Shown here piece by piece: positions 28,199-36,452 of a stretch of DNA of 64,000 nt. Origin of the DNA: Chthoniobacteraceae bacterium (GTDB lineage Bacteria; Verrucomicrobiota; Verrucomicrobiia; Chthoniobacterales; Chthoniobacteraceae). Within the stretch, counting starts at the first letter, position 1; every line of letters starts with the position of its first letter. The translations under genes and the position numbers were made by a program. The notes under the pieces are model-generated. The model had not been told where the DNA came from. It did no database searches and saw only the letters and a list, made by a program, of their open reading frames with translations. Location of the stretch: positions 61,257 through 125,256 of the forward strand of contig JANNXQ010000099.1 of assembly GCA_031409655.1 (NCBI GenBank), given 5' to 3'.

Positions 28199-29092
28199 AT
28201 GTCCTGCTCGAAGATCGATCCCGCCCTGCACCAATCGCGTAAGCCCGATTGGATCAAGGTCCGGCTCCCGCACAATCCGGTCTTTTTCTCCACAAAGGCG
28301 CTGATCTCCGACCTGCGGCTGCACACCGTCTGCGAGAGCGCGCAGTGCCCGAATCGCTGGGAATGCTGGAGCAGCGGCACGGCCACTTTTATGATCGCCG
28401 GAGATCGCTGCACGCGGGCCTGCGGATTCTGTGCGGTGACGACGGCGAAGCCCCTGGCGCTCGAAGCTGACGAGCCCGCGCGGGTGGCGGAGGCGGTGAA
28501 GCGGATGCGGCTGAAGCACGTGGTGGTGACGGCAGTGGCGCGCGACGATCTGAAGGATGGCGGCGCGAAACACTTTGCCGAGACCATCGAGGCCATCCGC
28601 GCCGCGCAGCCAGAGATGGTGATCGAAGTGCTCACGCCCGACTTTCATGGGAAGGAGGAATGCCTCGCGCTCATCGCGGGTGCGCGGCCGCATATCTTCA
28701 ATCACAACCTCGAAACCGTAGAGCGCCTCACGTCCATGGTGCGGTCGCGCGCCAAGTATCGCCTTTCCCTCACCGTGCTCCGCCGGATGCGCGAGATCGC
28801 GCCGGAGATCGTGACGAAGAGCGGCCTCATGCTCGGCCTCGGCGAGACCGAGCCGGAGATCTTCCAGACGATGGATGACCTGCGCGAAGCCGGCGTGCAG
28901 GTGCTCACCATGGGCCAGTATTTGCGGCCCTCGCCGCAGCATCTGCCGGTGGTCGAGTACGTCCATCCGGATACTTTCCAGTGCTACCGCGAGATCGCGG
29001 AGAAAAAGGGCTTCTCCCACGTGGCCTCCGGACCCCTCGTCCGCAGCTCCTACCATGCGGCAGATTTATACCCTGTGCCCGCGCGCGCCTAG
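28199..29092 (+). CDS. lipA: Lipoyl synthase
   Basis: KPDWIK, CESAQCPNRWEC, CTRACGFC, NHNLETV, GQYLRP, VRSSYHA. Confidence 0.97.
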   Translation: MSCSKIDPALHQSRKPDWIKVRLPHNPVFFSTKALISDLRLHTVCESAQCPNRWECWSSGTATFMIAGDRCTRACGFCAVTTAKPLALEADEPARVAEAVKRMRLKHVVVTAVARDDLKDGGAKHFAETIEAIRAAQPEMVIEVLTPDFHGKEECLALIAGARPHIFNHNLETVERLTSMVRSRAKYRLSLTVLRRMREIAPEIVTKSGLMLGLGETEPEIFQTMDDLREAGVQVLTMGQYLRPSPQHLPVVEYVHPDTFQCYREIAEKKGFSHVASGPLVRSSYHAADLYPVPARA

Positions 29093-29110
29093 GCACGCTT
29101 TCCGCTCCTT

Positions 29111-29845
29111 ATGAGGCGCATGATCGACCGCACCAAGGTTGCCGCGCTGATTCCCGCCTATCTGGAGGAGCAGCAAATCCGCACCGTCGCCACGCGCGCT
29201 CGCGTGCAGCTCGACACGGTGCTGGTGGTCGATGATGGCTCGGATGACCGAACCGCGGACGAAGCTCGCGCGGCGGGCGTGGAGGTGATCCGGCACGAAG
29301 CGAATCAGGGAAAGGGAGCGGCGATCAAGACGGGCTTGCGCGCGCTCACGGAGAAGGCGGGCATCGAGTACATCCTCGTTCTCGATGGCGACGGTCAGCA
29401 TCTGCCGGAGGAAATCCCCCACTTTATCGCGCAGGTAAACCAGTCCGGAGCGCCGATGATCGTCGGCAGCCGCATGGATGATCTCACGAAGATGCCGCTG
29501 GTCCGCAAGCTCACGAATCTGACGATGTCGCGGCTGATCAGCCAGGCCTGTGGCCAGGCGATCCCGGATTCGCAGTGCGGCTTCCGGATGTTCCGCCGCG
29601 ACCTCGCGGTGGCCTTCCTCGGCTGCCCGAGCACGAAGTATGATTTTGAAACGGAGATGCTGGTCCTCGCCTCGCGGCGCGGCTGCGAGATCGCCGCGGC
29701 GGCGGTGAGCACGATCTACAGCGGGGAGAAGAGCAAGATCCACCCGGTGCGCGATACCATCCGCTTTATCCAATTGATGACGCGGCTGCGGCGGGCCGCG
29801 GCGAGCGCGCCAGTGGCGGTGACTTCGGGCGCGGCGGTGCGGTGA
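29111..29845 (+). CDS. Glycosyltransferase family 2 (DPM1-like)
   Basis: LIPAY, VVDDGS.D.T, NQGKG.A, LDGDGQH, DSQCGFR; the start could be 29120. Confidence 0.92.
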   Translation: MRRMIDRTKVAALIPAYLEEQQIRTVATRARVQLDTVLVVDDGSDDRTADEARAAGVEVIRHEANQGKGAAIKTGLRALTEKAGIEYILVLDGDGQHLPEEIPHFIAQVNQSGAPMIVGSRMDDLTKMPLVRKLTNLTMSRLISQACGQAIPDSQCGFRMFRRDLAVAFLGCPSTKYDFETEMLVLASRRGCEIAAAAVSTIYSGEKSKIHPVRDTIRFIQLMTRLRRAAASAPVAVTSGAAVR

Positions 29846-29868
29846 AGCGGTGGGTGCCGAGGCAGGGC

Positions 29869-29939
29869 GGCTCGTGCTCGTCCTCGTCCTCGAAAAAACG
29901 CACCGAGGACGAGGACGATGGCGATTGCGATTACGAGCC
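29869..29939. repeat. Degenerate hexamer hairpin (CTCGTC/GACGAG family)
   Basis: GGCTCGTGCTCGTCCTCGTCCTCG...CGAGGACGAGGACGA...CGATTACGAGCC. Confidence 0.8.
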
Positions 29940-29995
29940 ACTTTACCGGGCTTGCATCGCTCCAGCCGTCTCCTACCCTCCGCGTCCCCTGACCT

Positions 29996-30493
29996 ATGCT
30001 GAGCCCCGACGAAATCTTTGTCCGCATGCCCGCCCACGTAGCCGACGAACTCTTTGGCTTCCTCCACGAGCGCGAAAAGCCGCTCTACAAGGCCTCCATC
30101 GACACGCTCGCCAAGCAGCGCAAGCTGCGGCCTGTCTTCGTGGAGCGGAAGCCCCGTCCGGAGCGGCATACCTGGATGCGCGAGATGCTAGGGCGAAAGA
30201 CCAACCGCGACGTCGGCGCGCACCTTCTCCAGATCTGGCTCGTCGGCGCGCACGCGAAATTACTCTGCGATTTCCTCGATCACCTCGGCATCGCCCACGA
30301 CGAGAACGGCACCATCGAGCAACTCCCGGAAGCTCCGGCAAAAGCAAAGCTTGCGGAGACCGTGACGGCGCTCGTCGCCGCGCATGATCCCGGAGTTGTC
30401 GCCGTCTATCTCCACGCTTTCCAGGCACTCGATGACCAGGGCTGGCCCTCGCTCGAGGAACTGCTCGGCGAAGACGCGCGCTTAAAGCTTTGA
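29996..30493 (+). CDS. Conserved-looking hypothetical protein
   Basis: 165-aa helical ORF (RKLRPVFV, LLCDFLDHLGI.HD..G, VAVYLHAF); TTGCAT-N16-TACCCT promoter-like motif upstream. Confidence 0.75.
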   Translation: MLSPDEIFVRMPAHVADELFGFLHEREKPLYKASIDTLAKQRKLRPVFVERKPRPERHTWMREMLGRKTNRDVGAHLLQIWLVGAHAKLLCDFLDHLGIAHDENGTIEQLPEAPAKAKLAETVTALVAAHDPGVVAVYLHAFQALDDQGWPSLEELLGEDARLKL

Positions 30494-30895
<402 letters not shown>

Positions 30896-30941
30896 TTTTT
30901 GCCCGGTGCTGAATCTTGCCGCATCGGCCGGAGCCGAAAGC

Positions 30942-31781
30942 ATGACGTGGTGGCAGGCCTTGATCCTCGGCATCGTCGAAGGCATCACGGAATACCTGCC
31001 GATCAGCTCCACCGGGCACCTGCTGCTCACCGAGCGGGCTCTCGGCATCCCGCAAAGTAACGCGGCCGATGCCTTTGCGATCTGCATTCAGGCGGGTGCG
31101 ATCATGGCCGTGCTCGGGCTCTATCGGCAGCGCGTTTTCGATATGCTCGCCGGGCTCCAGGGGCGCAACGAAGCGGGGCGGCGGCTCGCGATCAACCTTG
31201 TGGCGGCCTTCACTCCGGCCGCAGCGCTTGGCCTGGTGCTGAATAAGATCATCAAGAAGTATCTCTTCGCGGGTGACGCCTGGGGGTTGTGGCCCGTGAT
31301 CTCGGCGTGGTTCGTCGGCGGCGTCGCGATCCTTGCGGTGAATTTTTACCGCAGTCGCCGGCAGGCGACCGGTGCCCCGCGCTGTGGGCTCGATGGGCTC
31401 ACCGTTCCGCTGGCCGTGATCATCGGTGTGAGCCAGTGCCTCGCCATGTGGCCCGGCACGAGTCGGAGTCTGGTGACGATCGTCGGCGGCATCCTGGTCG
31501 GCTTGAGCATGGCGGCCGCGGTCGAGTTCAGCTTTTTGCTCGGCGTGCTCACGCTCAGTGCGGCGACCGCCAAGGACGCCTTCGAGCACGGGCGCGAGAT
31601 GCTTGCGGCCTATGGCTGGTTCAGTCTCGGAGTGGGATTCGTGGCCGCGTGGATCTTCGCGGTCCTCGCGGTGCGCTGGATGGTGGCCTACTTGAACAAG
31701 CACGGCCTCGCGATCTTCGGCTACTACCGCATCGCCCTGGCGGTGATCGTCGCCGCTTTGGTTCTGCGCGGCGTGCTCTGA
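30942..31781 (+). CDS. uppP: Undecaprenyl-diphosphate phosphatase
   Basis: GIVEGITEYLPISSTGH, PGTSRS, EFSFLL, FGYYRI. Confidence 0.95.
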   Translation: MTWWQALILGIVEGITEYLPISSTGHLLLTERALGIPQSNAADAFAICIQAGAIMAVLGLYRQRVFDMLAGLQGRNEAGRRLAINLVAAFTPAAALGLVLNKIIKKYLFAGDAWGLWPVISAWFVGGVAILAVNFYRSRRQATGAPRCGLDGLTVPLAVIIGVSQCLAMWPGTSRSLVTIVGGILVGLSMAAAVEFSFLLGVLTLSAATAKDAFEHGREMLAAYGWFSLGVGFVAAWIFAVLAVRWMVAYLNKHGLAIFGYYRIALAVIVAALVLRGVL

Positions 31782-31850
31782 CGGGGAAAAGTGGCCGGTC
31801 GGGAGAAGGGTTGCCACCCCTCTGTCCCCTTTCGTATCCTCCCCGCCCCC

Positions 31851-32609
31851 ATGAACCGGGTCTTGCCCACCATCCTGTTCTTCCTAGCGACCGTCGCCAT
31901 CACCCGAGGCGGCGAGACTGCCGACGTGCGTTTGGCGGACGGCTTCGATCTCCCAGTGGGTCGCGATGGGACGACCAAATATTACAAAGCGCGTGGCTAC
32001 ACGCCGAACGGGCATCTCGGGGAGGATTGGAACGGCGTGGGCGGCGGCGACACCGATCTGGGTGATCCGGTCCACTCGACAGGGCACGGAATCGTCGTCT
32101 TCGCGCAGGACTACAAGCAGGGGTGGGGGAATGTAGTGATCATTCGGCACGCCTACATGGAGGCCGGGGAGATGAAGTTCGTGGACTCGCTCTACGGTCA
32201 TTTGCACGAGATCAAGACGGTGCTGGGCAAGCAGGTCGCCCGCGGTGAACTCATCGGCACGATCGGGAGCAATCGCGGCATGTACCCCGCCCATCTGCAC
32301 TTCGAGATGCGCAAGGATCTCCGGGTCGGAATGTTCCGCAGCAGCTTTCCCCGGGACTTCTCGGTCTATTGGGACCCCACCAAATTCGTCGCCGAGCGCC
32401 GGGTGCTCGATCACGGCGGCGGGCGGCTCGTGGCCGTGCCGATGAATACCTTCCCCGAGATCGCCCCGCCGATCGTCGCCGAAACGTCCCTTTCCGCCAA
32501 CGAACTCCCACCCCGACCAGGTGCGGGCGCACTCCGCAAGTCGCCACTGATGCAGCGGAGCCCGACGCTGCCCGACAAGTTTCAGGACCTGCGCGACTTC
32601 GGCTACTGA
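31851..32609 (+). CDS. M23 family metallopeptidase, exported
   Basis: HLGED (HxxxD), WGNVVIIRH, LYGHL, AHLHFE. Confidence 0.9.
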   Translation: MNRVLPTILFFLATVAITRGGETADVRLADGFDLPVGRDGTTKYYKARGYTPNGHLGEDWNGVGGGDTDLGDPVHSTGHGIVVFAQDYKQGWGNVVIIRHAYMEAGEMKFVDSLYGHLHEIKTVLGKQVARGELIGTIGSNRGMYPAHLHFEMRKDLRVGMFRSSFPRDFSVYWDPTKFVAERRVLDHGGGRLVAVPMNTFPEIAPPIVAETSLSANELPPRPGAGALRKSPLMQRSPTLPDKFQDLRDFGY

Positions 32610-32621
32610 GCGCTTTCCTGG

Positions 32622-32664
32622 AAAAGCAAAACGCCAGACCGGCCGCAGGGACCGGACTGGCGTT
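32622..32664 (-). terminator. Intrinsic terminator
   Basis: 13-bp stem AACGCCAGACCGG/CCGGACTGGCGTT (one mismatch), followed on the minus strand by TTTGCTTTT; lies between convergent genes. Confidence 0.7.
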
Positions 32665-32700
32665 CTGAAATGGATTCTTCGAACGGGTTCGAGAGGTTCC

Positions 32701-32817
32701 TTACTTGGAGTAGCCGGTTGAGGCTGGTGGCGGCGTGCTGGACGACGCTTCCTTGTGTGCGCAGGCGCCGAGGCTGAAGGCCATGGCGGCGAGTGCGATG
32801 ATTGCGAGATATTTCAT
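32701..32817 (-). CDS. Small (38 aa) lipoprotein
   Basis: MKYLAIIALAAMAFSLGAC-AHKEASSSTPPPASTGYSK*; lipobox LGAC; purine-rich AAGGAGGG upstream; terminator downstream. Confidence 0.8.
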   Translation of the reverse strand: MKYLAIIALAAMAFSLGACAHKEASSSTPPPASTGYSK

Positions 32818-32911
32818 ATGTTGGTGTGTTTTCCCTCCTTTCTTTGCCAGTGGGCAATGAGCGGGCACTATGGGCGCTCGATCACGCATGACAACGACTT
32901 TTTCGCGTTCT

Positions 32912-33361
32912 TTACGCGCGGATTTCCACCGGTGTTCCGACGGGCACGCGATCAAAGAGGGCGATGACTTCCGCGTTCGCCATCCGCACGCAGCCAAAGC
33001 TCGCCGGCGTGCCGAGCCGCGACTCCGCATTGGTGCCGTGGATGTAAATGTAGCGGTTGAAGGTGTTCGCATTTTCCGGATCGAGACCTTCCAGCCAGAG
33101 GATGCGCGTCTGCACATGATCGTGTTCGTCGAATTCCTCACCGAAGCGTCCCGTGGCCAGACGGCTGACCAGGATCATCCCGAGTGGCTGCCCAGCGCCG
33201 TGCTTTTCCGCGACGCGAAAGCAACCCGTGGGGGTCTTATTCGAGCCCGGTTCCGTGCCGAGACCGAAGCGGGAAGTCGAAATGGGGTAGCTCTGCGCGA
33301 GCGCTCCGGTTTCGTCGAAAAGGTCGAGAGTCTGCGACGAGATGTGGACGAGGATGCGCAT
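32912..33361 (-). CDS. L,D-transpeptidase (YkuD) catalytic-domain-only protein
   Basis: YPISTS..G.G, TPTG, RYIYIHGT...LG.PASFGCVRM; no signal peptide. Confidence 0.88.
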   Translation of the reverse strand: MRILVHISSQTLDLFDETGALAQSYPISTSRFGLGTEPGSNKTPTGCFRVAEKHGAGQPLGMILVSRLATGRFGEEFDEHDHVQTRILWLEGLDPENANTFNRYIYIHGTNAESRLGTPASFGCVRMANAEVIALFDRVPVGTPVEIRA

Positions 33362-33414
33362 GCTCCCCGTCAGCAGACGAAGATCCCGCCCGTGCCGCCA
33401 GTTTTTTCCGCCCC

Positions 33415-34680
33415 TCAGCTATAGATCAGCAGGCGCTGCGTGACGTGGTTGATCAGGTTGTGATTCCGGATCTTCGCGATCGTCGGCTCCGTGAGGTGCT
33501 GACCTTCCGGGATGAGCAGCAGCCCCGCCGGGCTGAAGATGCCTTTCGCCAGCGCCATGCCTGGACGCAGGTCGGAGATCGAGACCTCGCGCATCGTCTT
33601 CGGGAGTTCCGTGACTTGGGCCGTCTTAAAAAAGAGTCGCACGGCATCGGGATCAAAGGCGCGGCCGGATTCTTTCGCGAGGTAGTCGCTGGCCTCGAGG
33701 GAGGGCAGGCCGCACTCGACAAACGCCGCCGCCACCGAGAGGCAGCGCGCCGGCCACGGGATAAACTGGCCCGCCAGCCGGTCGGGATACCCCTTGCCAT
33801 CGAAGCGCTCGTGATGACTGCGGATCGTCTCGCCCACGCCGTCGAGTCGATCGACGAATCCGGCGAGCGTCTGGCCGTAGATCGGATGCTGACGAATGAG
33901 CGCCCATTCATCGATGGTGCATTCCTTCGGTCGATTGAAGAGCTTGTGCAGCACTTCGCGTTTGACGCCGATGAGCCCGATCTCGTGCAGCCAGGCACTC
34001 GTCACCAGGACCCGCTTATCCTCCGCGGAGAGATCGCCCGCCGCGGTCATCTTCCGGCAAAGCTCCACCACGGCTTTCGTCCGCGCGCCGAGCAGCGGGT
34101 AGAAGGTATTGATGATCCGGTAGCAGAGCTCCAGGGAGTGCTCGAAATTGCGATTGAGCGCGTCGTGGGCAGCGTCGAGTTCCGTCTTCTGCGTGGTCAG
34201 GAGTTCAAATTTTGCCGTCAACTCCGCATTCGCGAGCGCGAGCTGGCGGTTCAGCTTCATGGTGTCGGCGCGCAGCCGCACATTGTCCACGAGCAGGCGG
34301 TGGCGTTGCACCGCATTTTCCACCGTCGCGAGCAGTTCCGCGCGCGACCAGGGCTTGGCGAGGAAGCGGAAAATTTCCCCCTCATTGATCGCCCCGACGA
34401 CGGTGTCCAGCGCCAGCACGCCAGTGATCAGGATGCGCGACGCGTTTGGCTGGATGCCGCGCGCCACGCCGAAGAATTCCAGTCCGGTCATGCCCGGCAT
34501 GTGCTGATCCGAGATGATCGCGGAGAAATCCGTCTGGCCAAGATGGGCGATGCCCTCCGCAGCGCTGATGCACGCGGTCACGCCGTAGCCTTCCCAGAGC
34601 AACTGGTCGCGCAGGGTGTCGAGGACGTCGCGATCGTCATCGACGATCAGGAGAGAGGCGGGAGTGGGCTTGGCATTCAT
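33415..34680 (-). CDS. Response regulator with REC, coiled-coil and HD-GYP-like domains
   Basis: LIVDDD, SDQHMP (phospho-Asp), ILITG, FLAKPW; LHEIG, HP..G, HHERFDGKGYP; C-terminal LRPGM.LA..I...G.LL domain. Confidence 0.9.
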   Translation of the reverse strand: MNAKPTPASLLIVDDDRDVLDTLRDQLLWEGYGVTACISAAEGIAHLGQTDFSAIISDQHMPGMTGLEFFGVARGIQPNASRILITGVLALDTVVGAINEGEIFRFLAKPWSRAELLATVENAVQRHRLLVDNVRLRADTMKLNRQLALANAELTAKFELLTTQKTELDAAHDALNRNFEHSLELCYRIINTFYPLLGARTKAVVELCRKMTAAGDLSAEDKRVLVTSAWLHEIGLIGVKREVLHKLFNRPKECTIDEWALIRQHPIYGQTLAGFVDRLDGVGETIRSHHERFDGKGYPDRLAGQFIPWPARCLSVAAAFVECGLPSLEASDYLAKESGRAFDPDAVRLFFKTAQVTELPKTMREVSISDLRPGMALAKGIFSPAGLLLIPEGQHLTEPTIAKIRNHNLINHVTQRLLIYS

Positions 34681-34685
34681 GGGGA

Positions 34686-35057
34686 TCAGACGTGGGCGGA
34701 AAAGGCGGGGCGCTCGGTGTCGTCCACGCGGTAGGCGGTGCCGAGGCCGCGGAGGCGCAGCTTGGCGGCGTCGAGATTTTGCCGCTCGGTGCGGGCGCGG
34801 GAGAGCATGTTGTCGATGACCTTCCGATTCCGGCGCGCACTGGCGAGCACCTGATCCACCCGGCTGGCCAGCCGGGGATTGGTGCGGTCGAGCCCGGCAT
34901 CCTTCGCGAGCGTGCGCATCGTCTCGAGCAGCGGGTCCTTGAGATCCTGCAAAGCGGCGAGTTCATCGAAATCGCCCCCACCCAGCGCGGCGCTCTCGTC
35001 GATGGTCAGCCGCTCGTAGTCCGCCAGCAGTCGCCAGAAATCGCGCTCCGTGGCCAT
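34686..35057 (-). CDS. Putative flagellar export chaperone (FliT/FlgN-like)
   Basis: 123-aa helical protein starting 1 nt after the fliS stop; E..AL...DFDEL..L...K..L pattern; family assignment rests on position and pattern only. Confidence 0.55.
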   Translation of the reverse strand: MATERDFWRLLADYERLTIDESAALGGGDFDELAALQDLKDPLLETMRTLAKDAGLDRTNPRLASRVDQVLASARRNRKVIDNMLSRARTERQNLDAAKLRLRGLGTAYRVDDTERPAFSAHV

Positions 35058-35058
35058 G

Positions 35059-35460
35059 TCACGCGTGGCTGGCCTGCGTCTGTTCGAGCATCTGCGCCCA
35101 CGAATCGCGGATCTCGCCGAGCAGCCGTTCCACGGTCGTGATGGGCTCGGCTTCCTTGGCGAGATTCGCCTTCTGGAGCTGCTCGAGCATGAAGCCGTAA
35201 AGCGCGTACATCGTCTTCGCGAACTCTCCACCGACCCCCATGTCGAGACTCGCCCGGAGTTCCAGGAGGATGTTCTGCGTCTTGATGAGATTGTTATGAA
35301 TCTGCTCATTGCGCTCGGCGATGCCCTGTTTTTGAAAGCCATGCAGCGCGGTCGAGAGAAAGCGCAGTGCGCCATCGAAAAGCATCAGCACCAGATGCCC
35401 GGGCGTGGCGGTGGTCACCGCGACGGATTGATAGGACTTGGCCAGTCGCGCGAGTTCCAT
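35059..35460 (-). CDS. fliS: Flagellar export chaperone FliS
   Basis: Y...V.TATPGHLVLMLFDGALRFL, KTQNILLELRASLD...GGEFA..MYALY, EIRDSW. Confidence 0.93.
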   Translation of the reverse strand: MELARLAKSYQSVAVTTATPGHLVLMLFDGALRFLSTALHGFQKQGIAERNEQIHNNLIKTQNILLELRASLDMGVGGEFAKTMYALYGFMLEQLQKANLAKEAEPITTVERLLGEIRDSWAQMLEQTQASHA

Positions 35461-35474
35461 GGGGAGCGGTTGAG

Positions 35475-35741
35475 CTACTTGCCGGTGCTTTCGGCGAACA
35501 TCTCCGCGAGTTTCGCGAGCACGTTGTCGGAAGGATACTTGAGATCCTGGGCGAGGGCCTTGCCACGTTCGACTTCCGCCGGCCGCACGGCAGGTTCCTG
35601 CGCGATGAGATCGAGAAGCCGGGCGGTCCGCACAGAGTGCAAGGATTCTGCATGCGCTTCCGGTTGAGGCGCCTTGGCAGGTGGTGTCTTGGGCCGTACG
35701 GGCGCCTGGACGGTTTCGGATTTTACTGGCTGGATATTCAT
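35475..35741 (-). CDS. Small FlgM-like protein (putative anti-sigma28)
   Basis: 88 aa; MNIQPV start, low-complexity N-half, C-terminal EPAVRPAEVERGKALAQDLKYP resembles FlgM (VR.EKV..LK.AI..G.Y); own sigma28-type promoter. Confidence 0.55.
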   Translation of the reverse strand: MNIQPVKSETVQAPVRPKTPPAKAPQPEAHAESLHSVRTARLLDLIAQEPAVRPAEVERGKALAQDLKYPSDNVLAKLAEMFAESTGK

Positions 35742-35753
35742 AACATTAGGGGG

Positions 35754-35781
35754 TGATCGGTGGGTTGGTTGGCGGACTTTA
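35754..35781 (-). promoter_or_regulatory. Sigma28 (FliA/SigD)-type promoter
   Basis: Minus strand reads TAAA-N16-ACCGATCA, against consensus TAAA-N15/16-GCCGATAA; lies inside a flagellar cluster. Confidence 0.7.
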
Positions 35782-35795
35782 GGAAAATGTTTGGA

Positions 35796-36452
35796 TTATT
35801 CGTGGGTCAGGCTGGCGAAGGTTTCGCAGGCGACATATTTGGCGAAGCGCGATGGGCTGAGCAGGATGCTGCCCCCATCATTGGAGAGCGGCTGCCGCGG
35901 ATCGCTATAGAGCACTTGATAGCGCTTTGCCGCCTCGGCGACGGAGGAATTCCCGGCGTCATACACGTAGTCAAAGGCCCAGCGGATTTTGCCCGTGATC
36001 GTATCGACGAGTTTCGTGCGCACGCCCATGGACACCGGCCGATAGGGAGAGAAATGGGTGAGATCGGTGAAGACGACGCCATCGACTCCGAACTCCTTGC
36101 GCAGCCGGGCGAGGACCTCGGCGGGGAGCGTGTCGGTCGAGGGGAGTTGCCGTTCGCCGAAAAGAGCTTCCATCTCGCCGCGACTCACGCTCACGACTTC
36201 GAAGAGCGCCTTCTTCGTCAGCTCGGACTCGAAAGTTTGATCCATCGCCCGCAGATAGTGATCGGGATACGCCGCATTGTGCATCGGCAGGAGCGCGACG
36301 CGGCGCATCGGAGTGCCGGCCTCGTCGGGTGAGAAATAGTTCTGCGCTGGCGGTGGCGGTGGCGCGAGGGCATGGCGTCTCCACGCGCAGCCAGTGAGCT
36401 GGAGCGAAAGCCCGACGATGGCGAGCCAGGCAGATACGCGCCGGGCGATCAC
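35796..36452 (-). CDS. Hypothetical lipoprotein translationally coupled to fliD
   Basis: Lipobox LTGC; Pro linker; alpha/beta domain starting RRVALLPM; its GTG overlaps the fliD TGA. Confidence 0.78.
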   Translation of the reverse strand: MIARRVSAWLAIVGLSLQLTGCAWRRHALAPPPPPAQNYFSPDEAGTPMRRVALLPMHNAAYPDHYLRAMDQTFESELTKKALFEVVSVSRGEMEALFGERQLPSTDTLPAEVLARLRKEFGVDGVVFTDLTHFSPYRPVSMGVRTKLVDTITGKIRWAFDYVYDAGNSSVAEAAKRYQVLYSDPRQPLSNDGGSILLSPSRFAKYVACETFASLTHE

